The notes: generated by a model not told the origin, from the letters alone. A stretch of 64,000 nt of DNA from Histomonas meleagridis 2922-C6/04-290x (GCA_020184695.1 JAANOX010000269.1:248001-312000); one strand, 5' to 3'; positions 22,301 to 34,302 are shown, numbered from the stretch's first letter. A program made the numbers and translations.

Positions 22301-23408
22301 TTTAATGGTGACACTTTTATTATTAATTCAAAAAAGTTGGCAAAAAATATTTGGGGTGTACCAACAACCTCCCTCACATAAGGATTTTCAATTTAGTTTT
22401 ATCGTATTATCATATGGCAGGCAAATTATGTTTTTGATGTTTTTTAAAGATTTTTTTGTTTCTTTCATTATATATCTTTCTTTCAATACTTGTGTGAAAA
22501 ATAAATTTTGTTTTTTGCGTGATAAAATCAATTATGTTTATATGATATTAAATGTTTATAAAGTTTGAAATAAGGTATCTTGTTTAACAATAATTTTTCG
22601 CTATTATTTTTATTCGATATTATCACTTGTTAATTCCTTTGTATATCTAAGAAACATTCTTTTTAGATTTCAATTAATATTTATATATCATTATTAAAGC
22701 TTTTCGAAAAGCTTATAAATTAACATTACTATATTTTATGAAAAAAAGGATACAAACAGTAATATGATTTTTTAATTCATGTTCAAGTCAGTTTCGAAAA
22801 TGATATTATTTACAATGAATATATTTTTTGTGGAAATGGTTATTATTTTTTATTATTTGGGATTTCATTAAGCATTTTCCAATTCCCTTAAAGAGTTTTT
22901 CTTAAATTTGCTTTAGAATTATTTTAAATTTGTAATGTTATATTTTCCAATTGCTTATGGAGTAGATTTCAATACTATCAATTTTTCATATCTTTCACGA
23001 AAGTACTTATATTATCTACCTCTCCAAATTATAAATAAGGGCCCAAAATATAAGACAATAAATTAACATATACCTGCATGATTTTAATTTTATAAATAAA
23101 TTTGAAATTCTATTTTATGAATTCTACATCATAAAATAATAAACCGTTAATTCACCTGCCAACCTTTTTTTTTTTTTTATAAAAAATTGATAAATAGAAA
23201 ACTTGTCTGATCTTATACAACATTTAAAATTAAAAACGGGCAGCAATTATTTCCTGTTATTAAATATTTTATGTAATATTATATTTTAGATTGGACAAAA
23301 TTCTTATTTTAACGGTGAAAGAACCAGATTTCTGTTTTCTTTGAATTTTTGACAAGTTTCTCAAATTTCATTCAAAACTTTTGATAATGTCACTTTTTGT
23401 CATTCGAT

Positions 23409-24023
23409 ATGTCTGAACTCCAGTCAATTGATTCAAAGATCGTTTTACTTGGTGCCACAAGCGTCGGTAAAACTTCCATCATCTGCAGAGCAGTTTCTGA
23501 TGAATTTGATGCCGAAATGCCAGCAACAATTGGAGCTTGCTACACTGCAAAACAAATTGAACTCGACAAAGTAAGTGTTAACCTACAGATTTGGGATACA
23601 GCTGGTCAAGAACGTTTCAGGACCCTCGCTCCAATGTATTATCGTGGTTCTATTGTTGCTTTATTGGTATTCTCACTCATTGAAGAATCATCACTCAACG
23701 ATGTCAAAAGTTGGGCACAAGAAATGAAAGCACAAACAGATGAAATGCCAACCATTTTTGTTATCGGAAATAAAATGGATCTTGTTGATGAGAGAACAAT
23801 CACAACAGAACAAGGAGAGGCTGTTGCCAAAGAACTTGGCGCTTTTTACTATGAAGTTAGTGCAAAATCCGGACGTGGAATTGAGGAACTTTTTGTTCGT
23901 ATTGCAGAAGAATCCGCTAAAAAACTTGCAGGAGACAATTCTACCGGAGGGTCAGGTCATAAAAAAGATGGGGTCAATATTAAAGAAGGTGAAAAGGAAG
24001 GCAAAAAGAAATGCGGATGCTAA
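23409..24023 (+). CDS. Rab-family small GTPase (Rab5/21-like features)
   Basis: GATSVGKT, ATIGACY, WDTAGQERF, YYRGS, GNKMD, EVSAK, C-terminal CGC; ATG 23409. Confidence 0.93.
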   Translation: MSELQSIDSKIVLLGATSVGKTSIICRAVSDEFDAEMPATIGACYTAKQIELDKVSVNLQIWDTAGQERFRTLAPMYYRGSIVALLVFSLIEESSLNDVKSWAQEMKAQTDEMPTIFVIGNKMDLVDERTITTEQGEAVAKELGAFYYEVSAKSGRGIEELFVRIAEESAKKLAGDNSTGGSGHKKDGVNIKEGEKEGKKKCGC

Positions 24024-24302
24024 AGTTAATAAAGTTCACCTCAGACGCTAACTTTGGGCAAATTTCGTTATTTGAAAATTCAATGCTCCTCACAAAAGTT
24101 ACTTCTTTTTGAATGCTTTTCTGTATAAGACGATCAATAATCAGAAAATTTCAAATTCCAAAAACCTTTTTGAAAGTCATTTTTTTGACTTGCAAATGAT
24201 CGTTTTTGCACCTTTTTGAGATAATTTGAGAAGAACAAAATAAAAACGAAACAAATTTATGTAAAACACAGAATTTTCTATCGTTATAATCACATCAAGT
24301 TA

Positions 24303-27300
24303 CTAATAAATGAGATCTTGTAATATCTGAGTCATCGAGTCAATTCCCTGCTTTGTTACTCTTGGAACAGAAAGTGAACTCCTTTGCCATCTTCCCCCAG
24401 TAACTTGTGCTTGGAATGCTACTGTCTGTACGCCCAAAGATGCCCTCTTTGAAACAGATAATCTTTCGATTTCTCGCTTGACAAAACGAATTCTTTTCTC
24501 ATATTCAACTTTTCCTCTTGTTTCTTGCGCGTATAAGTTGGATATTAAATCTTTGATTGGATACATTCCAATAAGAAGAACAAGAAGCATTGTTGCAGCC
24601 CTTTTAAGTTTGATGTAAATGAAAGATTCATTTTTCAACTCAACTTTTATCTGATATGTTTTGCGTTTATTACAGCTCTGTGCAACCAAGTACATTTTCT
24701 GCTTACGAAAACGGAAATTTTTTGGATCGATTGTCATATTGATTTTACATGTTTTATGTGGATGAAGGCGATGACGACAATCGTGATGATAGTGTACTTT
24801 ATAGCCAACAAAACCATTGATTGCGATAGGGATTGTTACATTTGCGATATTCTTAATGTATAGAAAATGATGAATTGGGCGAGCTTCCATATTATGAAAC
24901 TCAACAGAGTTAGAAACATCGCCCCATTTGTTAACGAATGAGAATTGAGGAGTAATTGAATAGCTGAAAATGTCGAGTTGAAAAGATGGAGTTGAATTTG
25001 TTGCAATCCTAAGAGTGAACTTCTGTTGTCCTTCTGATAATGGTCTGTAGTTAAATGTTATGTTAAAATATTGTTGTGGTTGAATAATTGCTGATACTGG
25101 AGATTTAAGCATAACTGTTTTCCTTTTCTTGAAGTCCACATGAACATAGAATATCACAGGTGTATCCAAAAAGTTTTGTACTGTTACATTTCCTTGGTTA
25201 ATTGACGATTTTGCGATTTGTCCAAAATTGTACGATAGGTCCTGAAAAGTGCCGTATGTCAAGAGAACGTTTACAGACGATCCTATTTTGAAAACTTTTG
25301 TATCCAAAACGAACTCGAACGGCAAAAGTGACGGCTTAAACGGGTCCCTTTCGACCGATATATTCAATTTCTTATATGAAATAAAACTTTTCACGAACTT
25401 TAAATCGACCACATAATCGACAGATATTATATGTGTGAAGATATTTGGGAAGAGCACTAGTTTTTTTAGCTTTTTTTCAGAGCCATCAGGGAGTAACACT
25501 TTATAAATTGTAATGTTCGAATCAAATGTTGAAATAGCGAACAAATCGATTTTCACTTTTGTTCCCAAACAAATTGAAGACGGAAGTGTTGACGTAATGA
25601 ATATGTTACCAACGGCTAATGTCCAAGTCACTTCTATTTCATATAATCTTTTTGCGACTTCGAACTTTATTATTTGGTTTTGCTCATTATAGTTCGTAGT
25701 GTTCTCAAATCGGATATCAATTTGAACCTTTTGGGATACTAATGGACTGACTCTAATTGTTCGTGATGACATAATTTTGATTTTCGAGTCTTTCGGGTTT
25801 TTAAATTTGATGTCATAACATATCGGATGCGGATTCTCGATGAAGAACGAAAGTTGTTTGACTGAATTCGGATAAACTTTCGAAAAATTATAAAACAATT
25901 TCTTCGTGTCTAATTTAAAATCACTTGAATTTGATATAGAAACATTTCCATTATAACCAAAAACAGGAATTTTAAGTCGAGTTATATTTGTATCGATATA
26001 AAGATATGTCTGAATATTATCATTTAATTCATCTTCATCATGGAATAACACATATATTTGCTGAGATAAAGATTTGGATGGTATCACAAATGGTTTAAAA
26101 TCGAGAATCGAAAATTTTTCAGATTCAATTGAAACTGCAAAAACAGCGACGGTTTCTTTAAAAAAGTTGAAAAAACTAAAATTTGAAATTTGCGATCCAA
26201 TAATTTGTATTTCCTTAACAATAGGAACAAATTTACCATATGTGACATAACCTCTGATTGGTACATCGACCACTTGTATTGAATCTGCAGATTCATATGA
26301 AATTGTAACACTTGTTTCAACTTCGCCTTTTCTTTCACCAGTTAAAATCACTTTGCAAACATTTGTCGTCGACCGTATTTCACAATCAAGAGGCGGCGTA
26401 ATATGTTCTATTTTACAATTCGATGGTGCGTCTGGTGCCAAATGAACGGAAAGGACATGAATTCTAAAAAATGTTGGATTGACAATTTTGACTTCCATTT
26501 CGATTTTTTCAGTTGGAGATGTGATGACATTAAACAAAAGAATTGGTAAATAGCTTTGAAGAAGTTTGGTTGAGACAAAAAGATATAAAGGATAAGATCG
26601 ACCAACACTATTTGATATCAAATGAACAAATAATACATAAAACCCAGATTTCAGAGAAGGAAGCTTAAATTCAATGTTCGAATTTGTGGTTCGATCATTA
26701 TCAATTGTTAAAATTGACCCATCAAAGAAGACAGAAGACTGCTTTAATGAGAACGATAGCGGCGGTTTGATTGAAATGTTGTTGCCGATAATTGATGAGG
26801 AGTGAAATATTGGATCAAAAACACTGTCTTTGGGTGTTAGTGTTGATTTCAATGTGATGGAATATGGTATAATACCTTTAGATGTGAATATAAGTAGAAT
26901 AGTACTAGATATACCGGGTTTAAGTGGACATATGTATATTGAAAAATGTTTATGGCTTTGAGGTGGAATCGTGATAGAATCAATTTCGGTAACAAATATG
27001 TCAGGAGAAAAAGAAGTAATTTCTGTTATTATAAGTGGAGTTGTTAGCATTTTATTATGAATTGTGAAACTGAATTTTCGCATGATATTAATATTTAAAA
27101 AAGCAACATGAATAAATGGAGGATGTAGCTCCATAAAATTTGAAAAATTAAATAAAATTGTTGTGGGTGGTAAATAATGAAAATTTGAACAAATAAAATT
27201 GTACCAATATGGACTCGTAAAATGAAGTGGGTGGTCAGTATGAAGAAGAAATTGTGAACTGTTTAGTTGCATTGAATCAAATGGACCAATTTCTTCAAGA

Positions 27301-27413
27301 AGAAAATTATGATCTGAACGCCCAATATGATCAACAAAATAAGATTGTAAGGGAAGAACTACGCTACTTTCTAATGTTAAGGAATATGTATAATAAAAAA
27401 ATAAGAAAATCAT
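24303..27413 (-). CDS. Large type I membrane protein with Ig-like/ASH beta domains, TMEM131-like
   Basis: Signal peptide, repeated (I/V)xNP and FTIHN beta-sandwich units, C-terminal TM. Family call by architecture. Confidence 0.55.
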   Translation of the reverse strand: MIFLFFYYTYSLTLESSVVLPLQSYFVDHIGRSDHNFLLEEIGPFDSMQLNSSQFLLHTDHPLHFTSPYWYNFICSNFHYLPPTTILFNFSNFMELHPPFIHVAFLNINIMRKFSFTIHNKMLTTPLIITEITSFSPDIFVTEIDSITIPPQSHKHFSIYICPLKPGISSTILLIFTSKGIIPYSITLKSTLTPKDSVFDPIFHSSSIIGNNISIKPPLSFSLKQSSVFFDGSILTIDNDRTTNSNIEFKLPSLKSGFYVLFVHLISNSVGRSYPLYLFVSTKLLQSYLPILLFNVITSPTEKIEMEVKIVNPTFFRIHVLSVHLAPDAPSNCKIEHITPPLDCEIRSTTNVCKVILTGERKGEVETSVTISYESADSIQVVDVPIRGYVTYGKFVPIVKEIQIIGSQISNFSFFNFFKETVAVFAVSIESEKFSILDFKPFVIPSKSLSQQIYVLFHDEDELNDNIQTYLYIDTNITRLKIPVFGYNGNVSISNSSDFKLDTKKLFYNFSKVYPNSVKQLSFFIENPHPICYDIKFKNPKDSKIKIMSSRTIRVSPLVSQKVQIDIRFENTTNYNEQNQIIKFEVAKRLYEIEVTWTLAVGNIFITSTLPSSICLGTKVKIDLFAISTFDSNITIYKVLLPDGSEKKLKKLVLFPNIFTHIISVDYVVDLKFVKSFISYKKLNISVERDPFKPSLLPFEFVLDTKVFKIGSSVNVLLTYGTFQDLSYNFGQIAKSSINQGNVTVQNFLDTPVIFYVHVDFKKRKTVMLKSPVSAIIQPQQYFNITFNYRPLSEGQQKFTLRIATNSTPSFQLDIFSYSITPQFSFVNKWGDVSNSVEFHNMEARPIHHFLYIKNIANVTIPIAINGFVGYKVHYHHDCRHRLHPHKTCKINMTIDPKNFRFRKQKMYLVAQSCNKRKTYQIKVELKNESFIYIKLKRAATMLLVLLIGMYPIKDLISNLYAQETRGKVEYEKRIRFVKREIERLSVSKRASLGVQTVAFQAQVTGGRWQRSSLSVPRVTKQGIDSMTQILQDLIY

Positions 27414-27639
27414 CTAGATGTCTGTTTGTTCCAGATCAAACGATCTTGGATGATTTTTTTAACGTTTTTTAATCGTTACTTCATTCAAAATATTGTATGA
27501 GATCATTTAAATGGCATTCATTTTTTGAAACTTGGCTTTAGTGATAAATATTAAACCATTCTTAAGAAATGGTGAGTTATGTTGCTCTAGAAAAAATTCA
27601 AAAAAATTGGTATGCTTAGTTGGATTTTTTTATCTAAAT

Positions 27640-28272
27640 TTAGAAAGTTTTCATGATTTGTGCAAGTGGCTCCATTTGTTCTTTGGGAATCAGTTTGAAC
27701 TCAAGACAAAACAACGCAAAATTTTTAAATGATGTGTCAAATTTAGATTCTATTCCTAATTCGACGACCTTATCTCGATGGTGATGGTAAACATGAGCAT
27801 AAATCCGGAACAATCTCTTAAACATATTTGATGCTACACTTACAAAGTCTTGAGGAAATGGGATAGATGGATCTGAAGGGAAGTATTTTTCGTTATTCAA
27901 TAAAGATTGAATCCACTCCAATACGTTGCTAATATATTCATGAGCAGGAAGCATAGTTGGCTTCTTATATTTTACTCCGTCTTGCCAATAGTACTTGAAA
28001 CCAGGTCCTGCTGTAGTTTCTGGACATGTTTGAGTTGTACAATAATCGCCAATAGGATGATAGAGATTTTGAATTTGATTGTAAAACTCTATGAGATTCA
28101 TTGCAATCCAATCATTTACATTCTCTCCTGGAGGAAGCTTGACTGCTTGTTCAATGTTTCCTTTTTCTAAATTTGCCTTGTTAATTTCTCTTAACCTATA
28201 ATGACGATTTTCCTTTGATACGTGTTTCACTTGATGAAAAGTATTGATGTTTTTCTTTCCCCATCCAAACAT
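27640..28272 (-). CDS. MOB1: MOB1/phocein family kinase activator
   Basis: AVKLPPGENVNDWIAMN, CPETTAGP, FPSDPSIPFP, KRLFRIYAHVYHHH. Confidence 0.93.
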   Translation of the reverse strand: MFGWGKKNINTFHQVKHVSKENRHYRLREINKANLEKGNIEQAVKLPPGENVNDWIAMNLIEFYNQIQNLYHPIGDYCTTQTCPETTAGPGFKYYWQDGVKYKKPTMLPAHEYISNVLEWIQSLLNNEKYFPSDPSIPFPQDFVSVASNMFKRLFRIYAHVYHHHRDKVVELGIESKFDTSFKNFALFCLEFKLIPKEQMEPLAQIMKTF

Positions 28273-28688
28273 TTTTTGAAAATGAAGTTGTTTTGAATGA
28301 TTTTCTGTGCGACACCGTAATTTGAATGATTATTTGGAAATTTTGAGATTGAAAATTCAATTCGGCAATTGTAGATATTGAATAAAATTATTAGAAGTTA
28401 CAGAAATTTATTTTATAAAAAAGAAAATTATCTAGAGTTATGTTGTTATGAACTATTTTGGTTGACATTTTTTTCAAGTACTTCCATGAGTATATGTCTT
28501 CAAAAGTAAAATATTACAATGTATTTTGTGAATTTGATGTTAACTTTTGTTTTGATATTTTCCTTTTTATTGTCTTCTTTATACACTTGAAATTCAAGTT
28601 GATTTTGTTCATCTGTAAAACTATTTTCAGTATTTATCGAAAGCCAAGAAGTAGTATTCATAGAAGAAGATTTTGAATTAGAATTTTC

Positions 28689-29000
28689 TTATGCTCCTTT
28701 TTCACAAAGTAAATTTTCTATTATGGTATAACCATTTTGTTGTGCGATTTGAATTTCTGTATAAAATTATTAAAACATATTTCAAATTCTTAAAACATAT
28801 TTCAAATTATTAAAGCAGATCCAAAATTATTCAAATGAATATATTTTGCATTAACATCAATTCCTTTATCTAATAGTAATTTTACTATTTCTATATTATT
28901 ATTTCTAACTGCTATATGAAGTGCTGTTTCAAATCATTAAAACATATTTCAAATTATTCAAATGAATATTTTTTACATTAACATCAATTCCTTCTTTAGT
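28689..29000 (-). pseudogene. Short ankyrin-repeat gene or fragment with two intron-like inserts
   Basis: EGIDVNVKN [40 nt] TALHIAVRNNNIEIVKLLLDKGIDVNAKY [80 nt] TEIQIAQQNGYTIIENLLCEKGA* (TAA 28689-28691). No clear start found. Confidence 0.75.
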
Positions 29001-29676
29001 TTATACAAATGCCATCAATACTGATTATTTTCAGAAAATTTAAATTTAAATGACACTAATAACCTAAAAAATGGTATTTTGAATAACTTATCTAGCATTA
29101 AAGAAAATCTAATTGGATTCTATGGAATATTTCAAGGAATAAATTTATGAATATTCACATTTTCATTTAAAAATAAGTAAAAGAATGAGTTTTTTATTAA
29201 AATATTGTTAAATAATAATCCAATATATAAAAAGGTTTATTATTTAATATAATTCGAAGAAATGATTCCAAAGCTATAAATATCAATGAAGCTTTTCCTT
29301 GTCAATATGTCTCAGAAGAGTTGAATATTCAATATCATCATCATTTACCAATATATTGGAATAACAAAAACAATGATCTTTGGAAGATAAGTAATAATAA
29401 ATTCTTTTACTCGAAAAGAAAATTATTTTATTTATTTACAATTGTAATAATATGATAAAATTTCCAAAGAATAATTACTAACAATTTTTTATATTAAAAT
29501 TTGTTTACTAAATTAAAATCACAAGAAAAAAAGTTAATTTAATAAATTTTTTTTGTTTATTTATACAAGTACTTCTCATTCTTTCAATCAATTTATTTAT
29601 ATTATTAAAAATTTAAAAACATTTTCATATTTAATTTCTAACGAAACAATTTTTAACATAAGAACAAAATTATGAA

Positions 29677-30588
29677 CTAAATCAAATCATTTTGTGACTT
29701 TGGGAAAACGCATTCCTGTATTGCGTACGCAAAAAAAGACGTCATGCCTAAGATGTTCATTGATATTTTTTCCCATTCTTTTTCAGCATTCGGATTTGAT
29801 ATCAACGGAACCAAATTAATTTCATCGTAACTTTGCACAGGTGAATCCCTTTCAAGTAGTTCTGACGCTTTAGAACATAAACTTATACAAAGTTTTAAGA
29901 AATATCCAATTGATGTCTGAATCTCCATTTGTTCAGATGAAATATTATTTTTGGAATTGAAGAACAAATTGTGCTTCTCGCCTTTGTATGTCATGTACGA
30001 GTAAAACGGAGTTGGAAATAATTGATAATCTGTTTCACATTTAAGAATACTTTGAAGACCAAATGTAATATGAACTATTTCATATATGGAGAGATTAAAT
30101 TCAGTGGGATTAAGAAATGGGTGAGTAAGTTTATTTTTTCGTATTGTAAGATTTTCGGGCTCAATATCAATAATATTAAATAAGTCCGAACTTGACCTAA
30201 CTATTGATGGGGTTTGGTAAACTTGACTTATTTCAGGAAGCTTTTGTGTTGGCAGTACTTTTTCTTTAGTTTGCTGTAATGGAATAAATTTAAATTTTGG
30301 CATTTGATAGGAAACATTTTTCTTTTGAGCAATCGAATTCTTAAATACTCTTGTGAGTTTTGACTCATATTCTAATGATGCTGATAGTAGTTTATCTGCT
30401 GTTTCATAATCACCAAAAAGATCAATTTCTCTTTGAGTAGTTGATAGAGATATATCTTCAGCAGAAATTAGACAAGAGGGTGGAAGATTCTCCCTCTTAT
30501 CAAACATGGCCTTTGCGGTCATGACTTCGATTTGTGTAACGCAATCTGTGTTATCTGGAATCTCCAATTTGTATTTGAGGTGCTCCAA
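29677..30588 (-). CDS. Hypothetical protein
   Basis: 303-codon ORF (TTG start in track; first ATG 30522) with protein-like composition; no motif I can assign. Confidence 0.65.
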   Translation of the reverse strand: MEHLKYKLEIPDNTDCVTQIEVMTAKAMFDKRENLPPSCLISAEDISLSTTQREIDLFGDYETADKLLSASLEYESKLTRVFKNSIAQKKNVSYQMPKFKFIPLQQTKEKVLPTQKLPEISQVYQTPSIVRSSSDLFNIIDIEPENLTIRKNKLTHPFLNPTEFNLSIYEIVHITFGLQSILKCETDYQLFPTPFYSYMTYKGEKHNLFFNSKNNISSEQMEIQTSIGYFLKLCISLCSKASELLERDSPVQSYDEINLVPLISNPNAEKEWEKISMNILGMTSFFAYAIQECVFPKSQNDLI

Positions 30589-30711
30589 ATTTTTTATAGA
30601 GAAATAAACGGCTTCAAAATAAAGGCAATATTCAAATGATTTTTTTTGTTAATTAACCACAGGATTAGTTGGTATAAATCAGTGCGTATGAAAATAGTAT
30701 ATTAAAACATT

Positions 30712-31329
30712 TTATTGATCTGATGATTGAACAAAAGAATGTTCATTTAATCGTATCTGTTGATTCATTTCAGAGTACATGGCTTCATACTCTACTCGAT
30801 GCCTTTCTATCATTGCCTTAAATGCTTCCCTGAAATGTTTATCGCTATCAAGAAAAGAATTTTGAATAAAGCTACTTTCATTTTGAGTCGTACGATCACG
30901 GAGATCTTTGGCTGCATCAAAACATTCGCAAGAAGCCAGAACTTTCGATGTGAAAATAAGTTCGTCAATTTTCTTTTTTGTTAATTTTTCAGTTTTTTGA
31001 TGGTAAGAAATCCATTGATTTTTAAGAGATGTTGCCTCTCGGCGATGTTCTTGAGCTAATTTTAAAAATTTGACTTGGAATTTGTATCTGATTTGTGAAA
31101 TTGTTGAATCGGATTGATCTTCAGTTTTTTCAGAAGATTTTGTAAGTTCTTTTTCATCATCATTATCAAAAATTTCTGTACTGCTTTGAGAAAATTTGAA
31201 GTTTATATCTTCATCATTTTCCAAATCGATTTCTTTAATAGCTTTTTCTAAGTCAAGCTCTTCCTCTTCACTGTTATCTGAGAAATCTATGAAGATTTGA
31301 TTCCCATTTTGCTTGATTAAACGACTCAT
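30712..31329 (-). CDS. Hypothetical coiled-coil protein
   Basis: ATG 31329; acidic N-terminus followed by heptad repeats. Confidence 0.7.
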   Translation of the reverse strand: MSRLIKQNGNQIFIDFSDNSEEEELDLEKAIKEIDLENDEDINFKFSQSSTEIFDNDDEKELTKSSEKTEDQSDSTISQIRYKFQVKFLKLAQEHRREATSLKNQWISYHQKTEKLTKKKIDELIFTSKVLASCECFDAAKDLRDRTTQNESSFIQNSFLDSDKHFREAFKAMIERHRVEYEAMYSEMNQQIRLNEHSFVQSSDQ

Positions 31330-31536
31330 CGACAATAAAAATTAAATACTTTATTAAAAAATTAAATGATTTACATAAGAAAGTTTACATATATTTTGTG
31401 CAAAATCCGAAAGCATTCCATTATAAATGCTTTAAGATTTGATTAAATTCTATATGTAAAAAGAAGATAAAAAGATTTGCAAATGGTAATTCTGTAATTT
31501 AATTTTCATCATATGATGAAATCTTTGTTTACTCTA

Positions 31537-32385
31537 CTAATTCCGTTCTAATTTTTCTTTTTCGTGGGACGGCATTGGATGTATAAGTAAGTCGATTAGT
31601 GACTGTAATCCTTTAATTGCATTATCATCATAAAATGGATCTGTAGAGTCACCACCCTCAACATCAACATCCAAATATGCATGTGCAAAGTCAATTATTG
31701 TTACTCTCATTGGTGCATCGGAATCTCCGTCATATACAGCGAGAATTGATGCACTATACAAACGCATCTTAGGGAAGATCTCAATCGTCTCCAATAAGGC
31801 ACTTCGTATTTTACAAATTTGTTCAATGAATTCGTGCTTACGTTTTCCTGGGAAAAATGTGCGAAGAAGTTTTTCGACTTCTTTGATGTTAAGGTTATGA
31901 CCTTGAACTCTATCACATTTGTATGTAACAGTGTTATCCTTTCGCATACGAGCATCAATTATTCTGATAGCATGGGTAGATGTGGTTGTATTTTTCATAT
32001 GATCAAGTTGGGCTTTAACCTTCTCAGGTGAAGCACCTATTTCGAAAGATCGTGTTCCTAACTTGATATCTAAGATACATGGAGAAGACATGCCTTGGGT
32101 TTGATCTTGAAGAAGAAGCCATCTTTTACCTTCGGAAATATGTGAACCCATATAACGGCATGTATGAAGGGAGAGAGGTGAAGGAAGAATTGCTCTATAA
32201 AAATTATCTTCACGAGTAATATAAGGTTTTGCTATGGCTGATATTGAAGTAGAATTATATATTGACTTCTGTATTTCGCCGTGGCCACCACCTTGTGTCT
32301 TAAGATAACCAACAATTCGTATATCACCAGATATTTGTTCATAGTTCGGAGTGGACATATCCATCATTTTTGGCCTAACGGTCAT
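31537..32385 (-). CDS. Inositol polyphosphate kinase (IPK/IPMK family)
   Basis: PCILDIKLG (PxxxDxKxG), SILAVYD, IIDFAHA. Confidence 0.92.
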   Translation of the reverse strand: MTVRPKMMDMSTPNYEQISGDIRIVGYLKTQGGGHGEIQKSIYNSTSISAIAKPYITREDNFYRAILPSPLSLHTCRYMGSHISEGKRWLLLQDQTQGMSSPCILDIKLGTRSFEIGASPEKVKAQLDHMKNTTTSTHAIRIIDARMRKDNTVTYKCDRVQGHNLNIKEVEKLLRTFFPGKRKHEFIEQICKIRSALLETIEIFPKMRLYSASILAVYDGDSDAPMRVTIIDFAHAYLDVDVEGGDSTDPFYDDNAIKGLQSLIDLLIHPMPSHEKEKLERN

Positions 32386-32795
32386 AATCAGCTTTCAATG
32401 CTTTAGAACCGTTAAACCGTCAAATTGTACCAGATTTTTGATCAAATTTCCAAAGGTTAAAGAAAAATTGAATTCCAAAATCACTACGGCTCAAATTTTA
32501 ACAGTTTACTTGTTTTTTTGGGTTGTTTGAGAGGGGATTCGGTGGGTAAATTTTACTTAGTTTACACCAACCATTTTGATTCAAATAACCGCGCCATGCA
32601 TTCAAAATCAATGGTGTTTTGACTTAAGTTTGCCTTTTTCAGATAAGGTTTAATCACCTACATTGAAAATATTGTTTGAGGTTTTGTTGTAAAAGTTTTT
32701 GAAAATCGTTAATTTGAAAACAATAAAGCTGTAACATGGTTTTTTTAATGATGTAAAAATATGTTTTCGTTGACTAATTTTTGCGTATCAATATG

Positions 32796-34139
32796 TTAAA
32801 TCTGATTCTCAATTCTATTTGTCAATTTCTCTTTCTGTAAACTCAATTCGCCTATTTTATCAAATAGATCATTTAATTGTGTGATTTCTTTTGATTCAGC
32901 TTTGTCTGTGTTATTATTTTCGAAGTGTTTTGAACTGAAGAATAATTTCAAATCACTCTCGATTGGAAAGTTCGCTTCAGTACAGCTTTTTTCATTAATT
33001 TCTCCCTTAATTTCTCCTTCTAATCCATAATATTTATTTGGACTCTTTGAAGAATCTTTAATCAAAACCCTTTTTTCATCGCCAGTTACTACCACTGATA
33101 TACCTGGTCTCATTGGTATCCTGAAAAGCCAATTCTGAAACACAAGAAGAAATAGAGTAAATTCTTCTTCAATGGTTCTATCGATAGCCACAGGGAAGAG
33201 AACGTTAGTGAGTAAACCGATAACCGTCACATCATGGCATGCGGTTGAAAAGCATTGGCATACTTCAAGCAGCATGCAATGCGTCGTCAATGGAAGCAAC
33301 GCAACAATGGCATGTATGAGCCTCATTTTATTGACTTGCGTTTGATTGCGGAGATTATTTATGATCGCTGAATGAAGTTGCTCTGAAATATATTCAGTGC
33401 CATTATAAGAAAGAAGAAGAAAAAGAAGTGAAACTAATTCACATGTGGTGAACTGCTGAAGGTTACTGGTTGTTCGTATTGACTCAAAAAATGATTCTAC
33501 TGTAGTTTGTGTAAGTTCACATAATATGTATGATGATTGCTTCTTCATTTTGATTGAAGAAGTAAGAGCAAAAAATGGATGGTTGATGATATTTTTGCTA
33601 AAGCTGACAACAGGATATGATGGACTTGAGGAATCATAAGCAAATTTTGATGATGTGAATAGAATTGGATTTAATGTTAGATCAAATGACTTTAAAATGA
33701 TCATAGGAGTGTTGAATGAATGGTCTAACGGATAAATAGAGTTTGTTTGAGGATTATAAGCAACATATTTCTTTCGATCATATGGAAGTTTGAGACATTC
33801 AATCGCAAGTTCAATCAAGCGATATATCTGTAAGTTCATTCCAACTGCGAGAGATGAACTTTTATCTTCAAAAATTACTTGGATCAACTTTGATGAATTT
33901 GTAAGAAGATAAAGAGAATCATATTGTTTTCTAAAAAATATAGAGCAAGTTTCAGTTTTAGGTATTTCTTCAAATGCTGAACTAAGACCGAAAAGAAAGA
34001 ATTCTGCATTTGAATTTGGAAGATCAAAAGTAGCCAAAACATTTGTGATTAAATCAGAAATAGTTTCACTGTAATTCGCTTTGTATTTTACGACTTGGCT
34101 TAAATCTGGAATTGAGATAAGGACTTTTGCACAAGCCAT
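32796..34139 (-). CDS. Hypothetical protein; ubiquitin-like N-terminal units and a possible degenerate RhoGAP-like helical domain
   Basis: 447-codon ORF. LP......L..........VLFP......LLVFQNWLF loosely recalls the RhoGAP C-terminus. Confidence 0.45.
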   Translation of the reverse strand: MACAKVLISIPDLSQVVKYKANYSETISDLITNVLATFDLPNSNAEFFLFGLSSAFEEIPKTETCSIFFRKQYDSLYLLTNSSKLIQVIFEDKSSSLAVGMNLQIYRLIELAIECLKLPYDRKKYVAYNPQTNSIYPLDHSFNTPMIILKSFDLTLNPILFTSSKFAYDSSSPSYPVVSFSKNIINHPFFALTSSIKMKKQSSYILCELTQTTVESFFESIRTTSNLQQFTTCELVSLLFLLLSYNGTEYISEQLHSAIINNLRNQTQVNKMRLIHAIVALLPLTTHCMLLEVCQCFSTACHDVTVIGLLTNVLFPVAIDRTIEEEFTLFLLVFQNWLFRIPMRPGISVVVTGDEKRVLIKDSSKSPNKYYGLEGEIKGEINEKSCTEANFPIESDLKLFFSSKHFENNNTDKAESKEITQLNDLFDKIGELSLQKEKLTNRIENQI

Positions 34140-34302
34140 TTGTTCAAAAAAACGTTTCTGTCAAGCGACGGTTATACGAACGTTGCAAGAAATTTCTTTT
34201 TGAAGACACAACTTCCAAATAAAAAAAATATAACTAACGTTCTATTTTAAAAACATTAACATGTCGATAAATGTCAACATGAAACATATTCGTCTTTAAG
34301 TA

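Noticed and set aside
21928-22377. Alternative-frame ORFs (149 and 123 aa) over the RING gene
   Set aside because: By-products of GC-rich low-complexity codons; no motifs.
22560-23100. Possible decayed minus-strand coding remnant
   Set aside because: Many stops and no recognisable motif. The same applies to 45100-45560.
32620-32650. TTGCCTTTTTCAGA resembling U5 snRNA loop I
   Set aside because: The invariant GCCUUUUAC is not matched and there is no convincing stem or Sm site.
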